Notes under the pieces: model-generated
Databases searched by the model: none
What the model saw: only the letters and a program-made list of their open reading frames with translations
What the model was told of the DNA's origin: nothing
Origin: an uncultured virus (IMG/VR IMGVR_UViG_3300030376_004046)
Taxonomy: Duplodnaviria > Heunggongvirae > Uroviricota > Caudoviricetes
IMG/VR virus record: IMGVR_UViG_3300030376_004046
Span: 1-64,000 of that record
Strand: one strand, 5' to 3'
Length of the DNA: 64,000 nucleotides
In this document: positions 27,829 to 39,115 of the stretch, in pieces
Layout of the letters: each line of letters begins with the position of its first letter
How positions within the stretch are numbered: position 1 is the first letter of the stretch
Program-made: the position numbers and the translations under genes

Positions 27829-30800
27829 ATGCCAGAGATTAAACAGAATTTTACCGGTGGTAAGATGAACAAGGATCTTGACGAAAGACTTGTTTCAAAT
27901 GGAGAATATAGACATGCAATGAATGTACAAGTATCTACATCAGACAACTCTGAAGTAGGTACTGTTCAAAATCTTTTGAGTAATATTAAACTTCAACCGA
28001 ACCAACAAGACTCACTTATAAGTCAAGATAATATTTGTGTCGGTAGTATAGATGACGAAAAAAACAATGCTGTATATTGGTTTTTATCACAAGGAGCTGG
28101 CGGTTCAATTAACGACGCGTTAATGAATTACAGTCTTACACCTGGTACAGCAATCACATCTCCAGATCCAATATTTAACGCCATATCTTCAGGTGCCAGT
28201 ATAATGGAATACAAAGACAACACTGTATCACCTGTAGTTATAGAAGCTTCTAACGTTGTGTTACCATTACAAGGTTATTTCCAACAGTCAGTGCAGAGTC
28301 AAGCTGGTTATTATTTGTTGACTTTATTAAATTTTTATCCAACTCAAAATCAACTCATACTGCAGGGCATGGTCTTGTCAACTGTTTATGTTATACAATC
28401 TGGTTGGAACGCTAACAACACTCCAGCTATAACAAACACGTATGATTTTTCTAACGGTGCTAACTACACACCTCTTACTGGTCCAAGTCCAACAAGTGGA
28501 GTGTTTAATCCAGACCCACCAACAGTTAGCGGATTTGGCGCTAATAACTCTGTACAGTTATCTTATATGCCGGATGATTTGCTTACAGAGGTTACAGCTG
28601 GATCTATTTTGGCTTTTGAGTTTAACTTTGGAGAAGAATCTGGTTATAATCCTCCTTTAAACTTTCCTGTTGATGATAACGGTAATCACATCATGATAAC
28701 TGGAATAAATATTATTGATGAAATGTTATTCTGGACGGATGGCCAAAACGAACCTAAAAAAATAAACATACCAAGATGTAAACTAGGAACTCCTACCAAC
28801 CCAATTGGTTACACTAGACTCATAAACGAAGAAAGAGGTATAACAATGAGTGATAATATACCTTTAGCAGAGCAACACGTTACTCTTATTAGAAAACCAC
28901 CTAGCAAAGCTCCAGTTTTAGATTTAAAAACAGGTAGAGATTATAGTGGTTTACAACTTAACCCACCAGAAGTATACACTGGCGCTGTAACTATAACAGT
29001 AGATCAGTTTCCAAATACTAATACTAATGATGATATAATAACAGCAACAGCGCCTAATATTGATCCGTATGATTTCTCAGGCGTATCAGTTGGTGAAACT
29101 GTAGAAATACAAATAGATGAAGATATATATGGTAATACGAACTTCACACTTGTAGACTGGAGTGTTGGTGGTCAAGTAGTTTTAAAAGAATATGACGATT
29201 TATCAAGTGGCGCTTCAGAGCCTCCAGCAATTCCAATAACGGATTATAGAATAAAAGCAGAAATAACCGACGCTCCAAACGGTTTTACAGCTACTGCTAC
29301 AACGCCTATTATTGTAGAGTTAGAAATAATAAATATTGATGGCTTTCCACTAGGAGCTGATCCTAACACAGGAGAAAGAAAATATGCTATAGATAAATAT
29401 GACACGTACGAAAGACTGTTTGAGTTTAAGTTTCCTAGATTTGCAACTAGATACAAATATAGCGACGGTGAATATTCTACTTATTCTCCTTTTACTCAAA
29501 TAGCATTTGTTCCTGGAAGTTTTGATTATCATCCTAAGAAAGGTTATAATTTAGGTATGACCAACTTGATAAGTCAAATTGATATAAAAAACTTTAGATT
29601 AAACGATACGCCTTTAGATGTTGTTGAAATAGATATACTTTATAAAGAAGATGGTTCACCTAATGTTTATACCGTTGATACTATTAAAGTAAATTCTATT
29701 GATAATTATTGGCAAAATGACACATATACTATAAACAACGAAACAATTAAAGCTACAGTTCCTTCAAACCAACTGTTAAGATCTTGGGATAATGTTCCAA
29801 AAAGCGCATTAGCACAAGAAGTAACTGGTAACAGAATTGTTTTTGCTAACTACACTCAAGGCTGGGATGTTTTTGATACTGCTGGTAATCCATATTCTCC
29901 AAACTTTAAAATAAATTTACTTGAAACATCACATCCATTAGGTTGGGGTGATTATCAAACTAACACGATAAAATCTATAAAATCTCTAAGGGAATACCAA
30001 CTAGGAGTTGTTTTTATTGACGAGTATGGTAGAGAAACGCCAGTTATATCAAATCCTTCTGGAGCTTTTGAAGTAGATTACTCAAGAGCAGATGAGGCTA
30101 ATAGAATAAGGGTTAAGTTTGGATCTGATGCGCCTAAAAATCAAAAGTACTATAAGTTTTATATAAAACAAACATCTGGTGAGTATTATAATTTAGCAAT
30201 GGATCGTTGGTATGACGCTGAGGACGGTAACGTTTGGTTGTCTTTTGCTAGTATTGATAGAAACAAAATAGATGAAGAAACGTTTTTATTACTAAAAAAA
30301 TCACAAGAGTCTAGCGAAGCTGTAAAAACAAAAAATAGATATAAGGTTTTAGCGATAGAAAATGAAGCACCTGATTACATAAAAACAAACGTATTAAAAA
30401 TTATATCTGCAAAACACTTTAATGGTACAGACCCTGTTTTTAACGCTAATACTACTTCTGATAATCCAGTGCAAGGAACAGATAAATTTACCTTGAATTA
30501 TAATCATTTTAACAATACTTCAGCTAGTAAGTTACATGAAATAGATGATGGAGATTTGTATTTTACACTTTCACTAACAGGTTCTAGCGCAGAAAGTCAA
30601 GAGTACAGAATAACCTCTATAACTACAGACGCTTTTGATTCAACAGTACCTATTGATCCAAAGTATTATATACAAACAGATCGTTTTTTAGAAGATGATG
30701 TTAACTTTGTAACTGACGATCCAACAGGTCAGTTTTCAACAGAAATACAAGACCAAGCTGTAATAAATATATTTAAGAAAAAAGTTGAAAACTTACCTAT

Positions 30801-33800
30801 TTTTGATGGTAAGTTTTTTGTTAAGATATATATAGACGATACGTTTAGAACATACATTTCTCAAGATACTACTAAAAACCAACAATGGAGAACAGTTACA
30901 TCTAAAAAAGTATATTCTATGAGAGAAAACCACCACGTGACGCATAGTATAAAGGCTACTGGTCATGGTGAAGATGTTAACGGAGACAATGCAACAGGTG
31001 GTAGATCAGCATATAGTCATCCTTTTGGTAGATTTGCTTGTTATTTTAGAAGATATGATTATGGTAATACAGAGTGGCCAACTGATGATATGGACGACAT
31101 ACAGGGGTTGGACATGTCAACGTCTAAATATAGATTTGATTCTCCAAGTAATAGTGGTACTATAACGAATAATGGCACCACTCCAAGCGTACCTTGGTTT
31201 ACTGAGTTTTATCAATACACTGGTTTTCACAGGAGTTCATCTCAATATTATGGTGCTACAAATGTTTATAGTGCCGGTGTTAATGCCAGCGCTGCTCATA
31301 GTTATCTTGATAATAATAAAGTTGCTGATCGTTTTGCTAGGAAAAATGAGGTTTGGTTTTTAGACATGTACAAACACGTTGATAAAGCTACGGCTAGTCA
31401 AAATTCTTTAAATTATTTTCAGCACCCATCGTCACAAGCAGACCAATTTGACATGAGTGATTTATCAATTGGTGGTATAGGGCCTATGCAACCTATTGGT
31501 AGTACCTCGGGTACAGATGCTTTAGATATTTCTACTGGTTACCACCATTTTAAATTAACACTTGGTCCTATTTTCTTAAACAAATCTATAGGAAATCAAA
31601 CGGCGGAAAACGAATACTCTGCTCTTCCTGTAGGGGGTGGAATATTCACACATGGTTTAACTCAAGGAACGAATTTTGATAATTTTTTTGCTGTAGGAAC
31701 AGGTAATCCAAACTACCAGGATTTATCAACAACTCTTTTTACTGATAGACTTAACCCAGGTAGCACATGGAGATGGGCTGAAGATCCAAATTTAAAAGAA
31801 TATAATATCACTGGTAACGTATACCAAAATAATATTTTAAGGTATTATACTCATGGGGGCTATGATGATGCCGGAGAGATTTTAAGAGAGACTGCTGGAT
31901 CCCTGACTAGTGGTGGAACGCTTGGGGATGGTGGCCATTTTAACGGCGCTCAATTATCACCAAATTTTAATAAGACATGGCGGTGGACACAGGAGCACGT
32001 TTCAGGGCAGTTAAACTGGGTGCCAGCGGACGTAGGTGGTATACAATCAGATATAGGACCAATAATTGGTGGTAGAAAAACATCTTTAACCACTGCAAAC
32101 CCAGTTTCAGGTTCAGGTCCTTTTGGTAACCATCTTGGTCCTGGATCAACGTCTAGTACTGGAGATGATTCAAGTTCAGTTGGTATAAATCACCATTATA
32201 TAGTGGTTACTCAAGCATCCTATTTAGCGGCTACCGATCAATTTGGAAATTCTTGTAGAGTAGTACCGGGTTATGTGGTAACTAGTTATGTAAATGAAAG
32301 CGCTCAAGCTGTTGTCTGTGACACTGGAACAACCAAACCTCATTTAGTTGTTAGAGATGTTATTGTTAATAATGGAATATATAACGGTGTAGCTTCTACA
32401 AAAATATATTTAACAGGTTATATGGAAGCTTTAGATTTAACTCATGTTGTAAGGTGTGATCCAAGCACAAGTATAACCTTTGCGCAAGGAGCTATGAATG
32501 GTTATAGTCCTAACTCTGCAGCTAGAATTAGTTTGCAAAAAAGTACAACGGGTACTGGGGCATTTACAACTAACGCTAACACAGGGGTTAATACAGGTGG
32601 TAGTGTTAATTTATTATACGCTGTTGGTTACACAATGGAGTTTATTGAGCCTAGTTATGATAATATAACTTTGCCAGAAAACCCAGCTATATGGGAGACA
32701 GAACCTAAAGACAGTGCTGATTTAGATATATATTATGAAGCAAGTGATTTAATACCTATAAAACTAGATGACAGTACAGATTCAGGGTTTTTACCTTTGC
32801 AACAAGAGCAAATTGGGTTTCAACTTATTGGTACGTTTGAAAACTGTACTATTGAAACTCATGTAAGCGTGCAAGGTTTTTCTATACCTACTGGAACTGT
32901 TATAAACTCTATATCAGGAAACATTTTAACATTATCTCAACTTCCTACAGGTGTTGGTGGTAATCCAATAGCTATAGGTAATAACGATAATGTAAATATA
33001 ATAAAACCAGATGGTAGTATATTTACTTCAACTGTTGAAAGTATAAGTGATTTAGAATTAACTATAGACGCTTTCACTTGGAAACATTATCATACTTTAA
33101 ACTGGTATAATTGTTATTCTTTTGGAAATGGCGTAGAATCTAATAGAGTTAGAGATAGTTTTAATGCTCCGTTTATGTCTAATGGTGTTAGAGCTTCATC
33201 TACTTTAGAAGAAAAAATAGAACAAGAAACTAGAAAATATGGTTTGATATTTTCTGGAATATATAATGCTGTTAGTTCTACAAATAGCTTAAATCAATTT
33301 ATACAAGCAGAAAAAATAACTAAAGAAATAAATCCAATATACGGAAGCATTCAAAAGTTACACTCAAGATCTACTGCTGATGGTGATTTAATTACTTTAT
33401 GTGAAGATAGAGTTTTAAAAATACTAGCTACTAAAGACGCTATATTTAACGCAGATGGTAATCCTCAGTTAGTGGCTAATGTAAACGTTCTTGGTCAGGC
33501 TATACCATATGCTGGAGAATACGGTATATCTAAAAACCCAGAGTCATTTGCATCAGAGTCTTATAGAGCTTATTTCACAGACAAACAAAGAGGTGCTGTG
33601 GTTAGATTATCAAAAGATGGGTTAACACCAATATCTGATCACGGCATGAAAGATTGGTTTAGAGATCATTTAAAGCTTAGTGATAAACTAATTGGTAGTT
33701 ATGATGATAAAAAAGACGAATATAATATAGCTTTAAAAACTAACGAGCCACTACAACCAGAATACGGTTCACAAGAATATGTACTGTCTTTTAAAGAAGA

Positions 33801-34284
33801 CATAAGAGGTTGGGTAAGTTTTAAATCTTTTATTCAAATGGAAAGTGGTATTAGTATGGCTAGCAACTACTATACTTTTTATGAAGGTAAAATATATCAA
33901 CACCATGCAGAAACTGGTAGCTTTAATAGTTTTTATAGTATTACAAATCCTTCTTCTATAACATTTTTATTAAACGATAGTCCTAGTGTTGTCAAAAGTT
34001 TTAAAACATTGTTATATGAAGGTTCTCAAGCAAAAGTAACTCAAGAATTACAAGATGGTCAATATTATAATTTAATTGAGAAAAAAGGTTGGTATTTACA
34101 AAATATAAACACTGACATGCAGTTTGGCGCAAATGTTGAGTTTATAGAAAAAGAAAACAAGTGGTTTAACTATATTAAAGGTTTTGAAGGAGGTGAAATT
34201 GAAGAAGAAGATTTTACTTATCAAGGTATAGGAGTTGTAAATTCTTCTCAACTTCAAATAATTAACTCAATAATACAATCATAA
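27829..34284 (+). CDS. Large tail nozzle/stabilisation protein
   Basis: FTGGKMNKDLDERL...GEYRHAMNV N-terminus, LFWTDGQNEPKKINI, FGNGVESNRVRD and EFIEKENKWF; typical of Bacteroidota podovirus tails. Confidence 0.7.
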   Translation: MPEIKQNFTGGKMNKDLDERLVSNGEYRHAMNVQVSTSDNSEVGTVQNLLSNIKLQPNQQDSLISQDNICVGSIDDEKNNAVYWFLSQGAGGSINDALMNYSLTPGTAITSPDPIFNAISSGASIMEYKDNTVSPVVIEASNVVLPLQGYFQQSVQSQAGYYLLTLLNFYPTQNQLILQGMVLSTVYVIQSGWNANNTPAITNTYDFSNGANYTPLTGPSPTSGVFNPDPPTVSGFGANNSVQLSYMPDDLLTEVTAGSILAFEFNFGEESGYNPPLNFPVDDNGNHIMITGINIIDEMLFWTDGQNEPKKINIPRCKLGTPTNPIGYTRLINEERGITMSDNIPLAEQHVTLIRKPPSKAPVLDLKTGRDYSGLQLNPPEVYTGAVTITVDQFPNTNTNDDIITATAPNIDPYDFSGVSVGETVEIQIDEDIYGNTNFTLVDWSVGGQVVLKEYDDLSSGASEPPAIPITDYRIKAEITDAPNGFTATATTPIIVELEIINIDGFPLGADPNTGERKYAIDKYDTYERLFEFKFPRFATRYKYSDGEYSTYSPFTQIAFVPGSFDYHPKKGYNLGMTNLISQIDIKNFRLNDTPLDVVEIDILYKEDGSPNVYTVDTIKVNSIDNYWQNDTYTINNETIKATVPSNQLLRSWDNVPKSALAQEVTGNRIVFANYTQGWDVFDTAGNPYSPNFKINLLETSHPLGWGDYQTNTIKSIKSLREYQLGVVFIDEYGRETPVISNPSGAFEVDYSRADEANRIRVKFGSDAPKNQKYYKFYIKQTSGEYYNLAMDRWYDAEDGNVWLSFASIDRNKIDEETFLLLKKSQESSEAVKTKNRYKVLAIENEAPDYIKTNVLKIISAKHFNGTDPVFNANTTSDNPVQGTDKFTLNYNHFNNTSASKLHEIDDGDLYFTLSLTGSSAESQEYRITSITTDAFDSTVPIDPKYYIQTDRFLEDDVNFVTDDPTGQFSTEIQDQAVINIFKKKVENLPIFDGKFFVKIYIDDTFRTYISQDTTKNQQWRTVTSKKVYSMRENHHVTHSIKATGHGEDVNGDNATGGRSAYSHPFGRFACYFRRYDYGNTEWPTDDMDDIQGLDMSTSKYRFDSPSNSGTITNNGTTPSVPWFTEFYQYTGFHRSSSQYYGATNVYSAGVNASAAHSYLDNNKVADRFARKNEVWFLDMYKHVDKATASQNSLNYFQHPSSQADQFDMSDLSIGGIGPMQPIGSTSGTDALDISTGYHHFKLTLGPIFLNKSIGNQTAENEYSALPVGGGIFTHGLTQGTNFDNFFAVGTGNPNYQDLSTTLFTDRLNPGSTWRWAEDPNLKEYNITGNVYQNNILRYYTHGGYDDAGEILRETAGSLTSGGTLGDGGHFNGAQLSPNFNKTWRWTQEHVSGQLNWVPADVGGIQSDIGPIIGGRKTSLTTANPVSGSGPFGNHLGPGSTSSTGDDSSSVGINHHYIVVTQASYLAATDQFGNSCRVVPGYVVTSYVNESAQAVVCDTGTTKPHLVVRDVIVNNGIYNGVASTKIYLTGYMEALDLTHVVRCDPSTSITFAQGAMNGYSPNSAARISLQKSTTGTGAFTTNANTGVNTGGSVNLLYAVGYTMEFIEPSYDNITLPENPAIWETEPKDSADLDIYYEASDLIPIKLDDSTDSGFLPLQQEQIGFQLIGTFENCTIETHVSVQGFSIPTGTVINSISGNILTLSQLPTGVGGNPIAIGNNDNVNIIKPDGSIFTSTVESISDLELTIDAFTWKHYHTLNWYNCYSFGNGVESNRVRDSFNAPFMSNGVRASSTLEEKIEQETRKYGLIFSGIYNAVSSTNSLNQFIQAEKITKEINPIYGSIQKLHSRSTADGDLITLCEDRVLKILATKDAIFNADGNPQLVANVNVLGQAIPYAGEYGISKNPESFASESYRAYFTDKQRGAVVRLSKDGLTPISDHGMKDWFRDHLKLSDKLIGSYDDKKDEYNIALKTNEPLQPEYGSQEYVLSFKEDIRGWVSFKSFIQMESGISMASNYYTFYEGKIYQHHAETGSFNSFYSITNPSSITFLLNDSPSVVKSFKTLLYEGSQAKVTQELQDGQYYNLIEKKGWYLQNINTDMQFGANVEFIEKENKWFNYIKGFEGGEIEEEDFTYQGIGVVNSSQLQIINSIIQS

Positions 34285-34286
34285 AC

Positions 34287-35855
34287 ATGGCAAACGGATA
34301 CGGAGGTTCATCAAGTTCATCAAGTTCATCATACTCTTCTAGCAGTTCTATTACACAAACCGATAGAGCTCCAGCTCCACCTGGTTTTCACTATATGCCA
34401 GATGGAACTCTTATGTCAGACGTTGAGCATGAAAAATTATACAACAAAAGCGCGCAAGATGAAAAAACAAAAGTTATAAAAAATTTTAACATAGATCTTA
34501 GTAATATTAAAGCCGCTGGCGAAAGTAGACGTTTTATAGTGCAAGGTGATAGTAATTCTGTATTTACTTTAATAGTAAAAAACAACCACGATAACTATTA
34601 CAACTTTACAACTGAAACATTTACAACCACACCAAATAGTTTACAAGAAATTATTAAGTCTAGAGCATATAACGGAAGTATTAAGTTTCCTGCTTTACCT
34701 GATACTAATACTGATACTTATGATTTTTATTTAATAGCTAGTTTACAAGAAAACACAAAACATAGTCAATATAAAGAAGCTAGATACGCTGATAACACTG
34801 TGGATTTTAATTCTTCTAGTGGATCTGATTCCGCGGTGTTGTTAAAAAAAATATACCAAGAAGCTGATAAAACAGTTACATTAACGGCTATTTCTCCAAA
34901 CGCATTAACTGGTTTTAGTGGTGTTAGCATAACCACCGACGCCGTAACCGTAAGTGGTAGAAATAGAGGGGAAAAATTATCATTCACTATTGTAGCTACA
35001 GCTAATACGAATAGAAATTTTGTTATACAAAGACAGCCCTTGGCAGAAGATTTCGCTGCTTATGTAGAGAGAACTATTGGTAGCGCTAGTTTACCTATTT
35101 CTGGTGAAGACGTAAGTTCATCTACTTATTATAGATGGCCAATAAACAACATTGTTGGTTTGCTACCTGGTATGTTTTTGGCTCCATCTTCTGACGTTAC
35201 TGCTGGCACGGTAATAAGCGATTACAAGGTAACAGTTGAAGAAACAGTTGTAAAAAAACAAAAAACTTCATTAGGTTCTTTTATCTCAAAATCTTATACT
35301 AAAGATTCTACTATTGATTTTGTGAAAGCAATAGAGCCAACAGCTCCGGCTGTTTTGACAAACGGTGTTGTAACTAGTCAAGCTGGTAATGTTGTTTTTA
35401 ATCTACAACAAGCAGACGCTTTAAAAGATAACGATATAAAAATATATGGTTATGGTTCTTCGTCTATTAAAAGCCTTAGTGGTTATGATCTTAAATTTAG
35501 TAATTTAAAAGTAGAATTAACACCAGTAACAACTACTGTAGATGGAGTTGTTAGCAACAGTACAAATGTAACTGTAGACGAAAGAGCTGGTATAAGAGAT
35601 AAAGTTAGTACTGTAACAGGTGTTGGTATTGATGTTTCTGCAGCAATACCTACTGTAGATAGTGGTGCTGGCGCTGTAAACGGTAATGGAACTATAGTTC
35701 TTAGCGCGGCACAAACTTTAGAAGATGGTATAACACTAACATTTGGCGGCGCTAGTAGAATAGCTACGATAACAGGTGAGGTTGAAGTACTTGAAGCTGG
35801 AGCATCAGATGTAGTTATACGTCTTGATTTAGAAAAAATATTAACCGCAACATAA
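34287..35855 (+). CDS. Structural protein with a Ser-rich N-terminus
   Basis: APPGFHYMPDGTLM motif; AGTTCATCA tandem repeat near 34305-34330; beta-rich body. Confidence 0.65.
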   Translation: MANGYGGSSSSSSSSYSSSSSITQTDRAPAPPGFHYMPDGTLMSDVEHEKLYNKSAQDEKTKVIKNFNIDLSNIKAAGESRRFIVQGDSNSVFTLIVKNNHDNYYNFTTETFTTTPNSLQEIIKSRAYNGSIKFPALPDTNTDTYDFYLIASLQENTKHSQYKEARYADNTVDFNSSSGSDSAVLLKKIYQEADKTVTLTAISPNALTGFSGVSITTDAVTVSGRNRGEKLSFTIVATANTNRNFVIQRQPLAEDFAAYVERTIGSASLPISGEDVSSSTYYRWPINNIVGLLPGMFLAPSSDVTAGTVISDYKVTVEETVVKKQKTSLGSFISKSYTKDSTIDFVKAIEPTAPAVLTNGVVTSQAGNVVFNLQQADALKDNDIKIYGYGSSSIKSLSGYDLKFSNLKVELTPVTTTVDGVVSNSTNVTVDERAGIRDKVSTVTGVGIDVSAAIPTVDSGAGAVNGNGTIVLSAAQTLEDGITLTFGGASRIATITGEVEVLEAGASDVVIRLDLEKILTAT

Positions 35856-35865
35856 TAAAATAAAC

Positions 35866-36261
35866 ATGGCATTAAACACTGAGGCTAGTATAGGTAATTT
35901 AAATTTTGATATAAATTTTTCTCTACAAATTGGAGATCTTTTGTATTGTAATCCCATAAGTTCTTCTATTGGTGGTTTTTCTACTTATGTCACAACAAAA
36001 TTAATTGGCGAAGTTACAGAAATAAACACAGAAGAAAGTTATATAGGTTTTAACTTTAGTTCAATAGGTTTGACTAGCGCTCAAATAAATTCTGTTTTTA
36101 ATTTGTCTGCACAAAGTTTTATTACTTTTAAAAAGAATTTATCTGTAAATAGTAGTAGTTTAAAAGGTTATTATGCTTTATGTGAATTTGTAAATAACGA
36201 CTACAACAATAGAAACGAATTGTTTTCTGTTGGCTCGCAAGTGTCTATAAGTAGTAAATAA
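35866..36261 (+). CDS. Tail-associated protein
   Basis: INFSLQIGD...SSLKGYYA...ELFSVGS. Confidence 0.6.
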   Translation: MALNTEASIGNLNFDINFSLQIGDLLYCNPISSSIGGFSTYVTTKLIGEVTEINTEESYIGFNFSSIGLTSAQINSVFNLSAQSFITFKKNLSVNSSSLKGYYALCEFVNNDYNNRNELFSVGSQVSISSK

Positions 36262-36282
36262 AGCACAAAAACTGTGACTATA
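36254..36282 (+). promoter_or_regulatory. Class II phage promoter GTAAA-N15-GTGACTATA
   Basis: Matches the motif; precedes the ejection-protein block. Confidence 0.65.
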
Positions 36283-36305
36283 TTAGATATAAATTAAATT
36301 AAATT

Positions 36306-36800
36306 ATGTCTAAAAACGAATTACAAAAAATATTTGATAATACACCAGCAAAATCTTATAAAGAAAAGGTAAAACAAATAGAAGATTATTTTGTTAGTAT
36401 TGCGGACGGCGAAAATATAATTGGCAACGGTAAAGAAATAACTTATGCTGAAGGACTTTGGGAATACAAACACTCTTTTGCAAACGGTTTGTACATGCGA
36501 GAAATGAAAATGAAAAAAGGTCAATTAGGTTTTTCAGCAATACACAAACACAGTTATGGCTTTTTTTTACTATCAGGTTTACTAGCAGGAACAAAAGAAG
36601 ATGGTATTGACGAGTTTGTTGCGCCATGTTATATAGTGTCACCACAAGGCGCTAAAAGAATTGTTTATGCTATTGAAGATTGTGTTATAGTAACAGTACA
36701 TGCAAATCCTACAAACACTCAAGATTTAGATGAGTTAGCAAAAATAAACGTAGTGTTTGATTGGGATGACTATGAAGAATTTATAAAAAATAAAAAATGA
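36306..36800 (+). CDS. Cupin-fold protein
   Basis: HSFANGLYMREM...IHKHSY...APCYIVSPQGAKRIVYAIEDCVIVTVH. Confidence 0.7.
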   Translation: MSKNELQKIFDNTPAKSYKEKVKQIEDYFVSIADGENIIGNGKEITYAEGLWEYKHSFANGLYMREMKMKKGQLGFSAIHKHSYGFFLLSGLLAGTKEDGIDEFVAPCYIVSPQGAKRIVYAIEDCVIVTVHANPTNTQDLDELAKINVVFDWDDYEEFIKNKK

Positions 36801-36825
36801 GAATATTAATTAAAAAATATATATT

Positions 36826-37533
36826 ATGGCTTGGGGTGCAGTAGCAGTTGGTGTTTCGGCGTTAACTGGATATATGGGTGTTCAGAGCGCTAATAAAAAT
36901 AGAAGATTAGCAGCGGCACAAGCTAGAGACGCTAAAAAAGAAAGAATAAAACAACAAGAGCTGTTAGATATAGAAAAGGAAAGGTATAGAAGTATGCAGT
37001 TTAAAAATCCTTTTGAAAACATGGAAAACGCTTTTGAAGATTTAACTGTAAATCAGCAAGCAGCTCAATTTCAAGCCCAACAATCCTCTCAACAATTAGC
37101 AGATGTAATGGGTGGACTACGTGATGCGGCTGGTGCTAGTGGTATTAGTGGTTTGGCTCAAACATTAGCTAATCAAGGTGCTTTACAAATACAAAGAATA
37201 TCCGCTGGTATAGGACAACAAGAGGCATCAAACCAAAGACTAGCAGCACAAGGTTCTATGCAAAATCAATTAGCAGAAAAACAAGGCCTACAAAACATCG
37301 AACAAGCAAAAAGAGATAGACAAGCAACTTTACTTGGCATGCAAATGGGTGAAGCTACTGGTGCTAACGCGGCTTTTTCTCAAGCTCAAGCAAACCAAAT
37401 GAGCGCACAGATAGCTCAACAGCAAGCTTTAATACAAGCTATTCAAGGTACAGTAAGTACTGGTATGAAAGCAAATGAGGGTGATTTATTTAGAGACGAA
37501 TATTTTGGGTATAATACAGAATTTTTAACATAA
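36826..37533 (+). CDS. Putative DNA ejection (pilot) protein
   Basis: Hydrophobic G/A-rich N-terminus and a Q/A-rich coiled coil. Confidence 0.6.
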   Translation: MAWGAVAVGVSALTGYMGVQSANKNRRLAAAQARDAKKERIKQQELLDIEKERYRSMQFKNPFENMENAFEDLTVNQQAAQFQAQQSSQQLADVMGGLRDAAGASGISGLAQTLANQGALQIQRISAGIGQQEASNQRLAAQGSMQNQLAEKQGLQNIEQAKRDRQATLLGMQMGEATGANAAFSQAQANQMSAQIAQQQALIQAIQGTVSTGMKANEGDLFRDEYFGYNTEFLT

Positions 37534-37537
37534 TAAC

Positions 37538-39100
37538 ATGGCAATAGATAACAAATTAATAGAAGCATCTTTTAAACACAGCTTATCACAAGCAAAAGTA
37601 ACTGCTCCAGATTTAACGCCTTTATATCAAGGTGCTATAGACGCTACAGCTAGTTATTATAAAGCAATGGATAATGTGTTCAAAGGTTATATAGAGTTAG
37701 AGCAAAAAATGGAGGTAGGTAGACACAAGCAGTTAAGTGAATTTCAAAAAACATTGCAAAAACAAAAACAAAAACTTATTGACAAAGGTGAAACAATGAG
37801 TCAAAAAGTTATCGATGCTTTAGACATGGAAGTAAGGAGACTTCAAGAAGAATTTATGGCTGTTAACACATATGGTAGAGATGATAATGTTGAAAACCAA
37901 AGAGCAAGAACAAGGTTGAGTTCTGAACTTGAAAGAGTTATAAACGAGGCTTATAACGCTAGGCAAACATTTGAGTTATTATATGAACAAAAAGATTCAT
38001 GGATTGATGGTGCTTTAAGCGCTGATGTTATAGCTGCTCAAAACAAAATGATGGGTATTGATATAGACAACGACCCAGATGTTTATGTTGGCTTTGTAGA
38101 TGGTAAATTAACTTTTTATGCAAGAAACTTTAAAAAAGAGTATAAAAGCGTTAGAAATCCAGATCCAACTTCTGTTGTTGGTTTTATAACAGAAGAGTAT
38201 ATGACTGGTGAAGCAGCTTTTAACATAGATCAAATGAGAGAAAATTTTCCAGCAGCTTTGTTAGAAAAAGACAATCAAATAATAGCTCTTGTAAACGATA
38301 TAGAAGAACAAGCTTTTGATCGAGGAAAAGCAAATGAATCATCAAATTTAAATGTTGACGAAATTTTATCTCAATTAGATGTTATAATACAAACACCAGA
38401 ACACTTTAGAAGCTTAGGCTTAAGAAGAGTTGGTATGGGTGGTAGTAACAGAAACATAACGCTTGGTAGACCTTCTTTTCTTACAGAATTAAAGTTTAGT
38501 GGAAAATATGGTATACAATTAGAATTAATGGATGCAACGTTTAAGGAAATGTTTGAGGAAATGATAGAAGCGTTTGGCGGAGACGGTGTTATAGATCAAA
38601 ACGATATTGAAAACGCCGCAAACCCAAGAATATTTAGAGAAAATTACAATGAAATGATTAAAGTCTTAACAGATATAGAAAATCCTAATTTTAATCTTGA
38701 AAGGTCTAAAAAACTTTTAATTGGTCATTTTAAAGAAATAATAGAAGAAAAATACAAAGCATCATATCTAAAAGGTTTACCAAAAAATGCTCAAAACAGA
38801 ACAATTGAATTATTTGGTAAAACAGTAATAGCTCCAACAAGAGGAAATGAAGTTGAAGATTACAACACTGTTTTAGCTATATCAGAAGGTCAACAATATA
38901 TTACCCTTGGTGGTAGAAATAAAATAATATACAAGTTTGATCCAAGTACAGGTAATTATGTAGCTCATGGATATCCTAACAAAACTCCTTTTACAGGTGC
39001 TGACAGAACGGTTCACACGCGTCACGAGTTAATAAACACATACGGTGGTATATATAGCAATGTTGATCCTAACTACGACTTTGGTTACGAGGGTAGATAA
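37538..39100 (+). CDS. Putative internal virion/ejection protein
   Basis: Helical protein between the pilot-like protein and the giant protein. Confidence 0.55.
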   Translation: MAIDNKLIEASFKHSLSQAKVTAPDLTPLYQGAIDATASYYKAMDNVFKGYIELEQKMEVGRHKQLSEFQKTLQKQKQKLIDKGETMSQKVIDALDMEVRRLQEEFMAVNTYGRDDNVENQRARTRLSSELERVINEAYNARQTFELLYEQKDSWIDGALSADVIAAQNKMMGIDIDNDPDVYVGFVDGKLTFYARNFKKEYKSVRNPDPTSVVGFITEEYMTGEAAFNIDQMRENFPAALLEKDNQIIALVNDIEEQAFDRGKANESSNLNVDEILSQLDVIIQTPEHFRSLGLRRVGMGGSNRNITLGRPSFLTELKFSGKYGIQLELMDATFKEMFEEMIEAFGGDGVIDQNDIENAANPRIFRENYNEMIKVLTDIENPNFNLERSKKLLIGHFKEIIEEKYKASYLKGLPKNAQNRTIELFGKTVIAPTRGNEVEDYNTVLAISEGQQYITLGGRNKIIYKFDPSTGNYVAHGYPNKTPFTGADRTVHTRHELINTYGGIYSNVDPNYDFGYEGR

Positions 39101-39115
39101 TAAACTATTATTAAT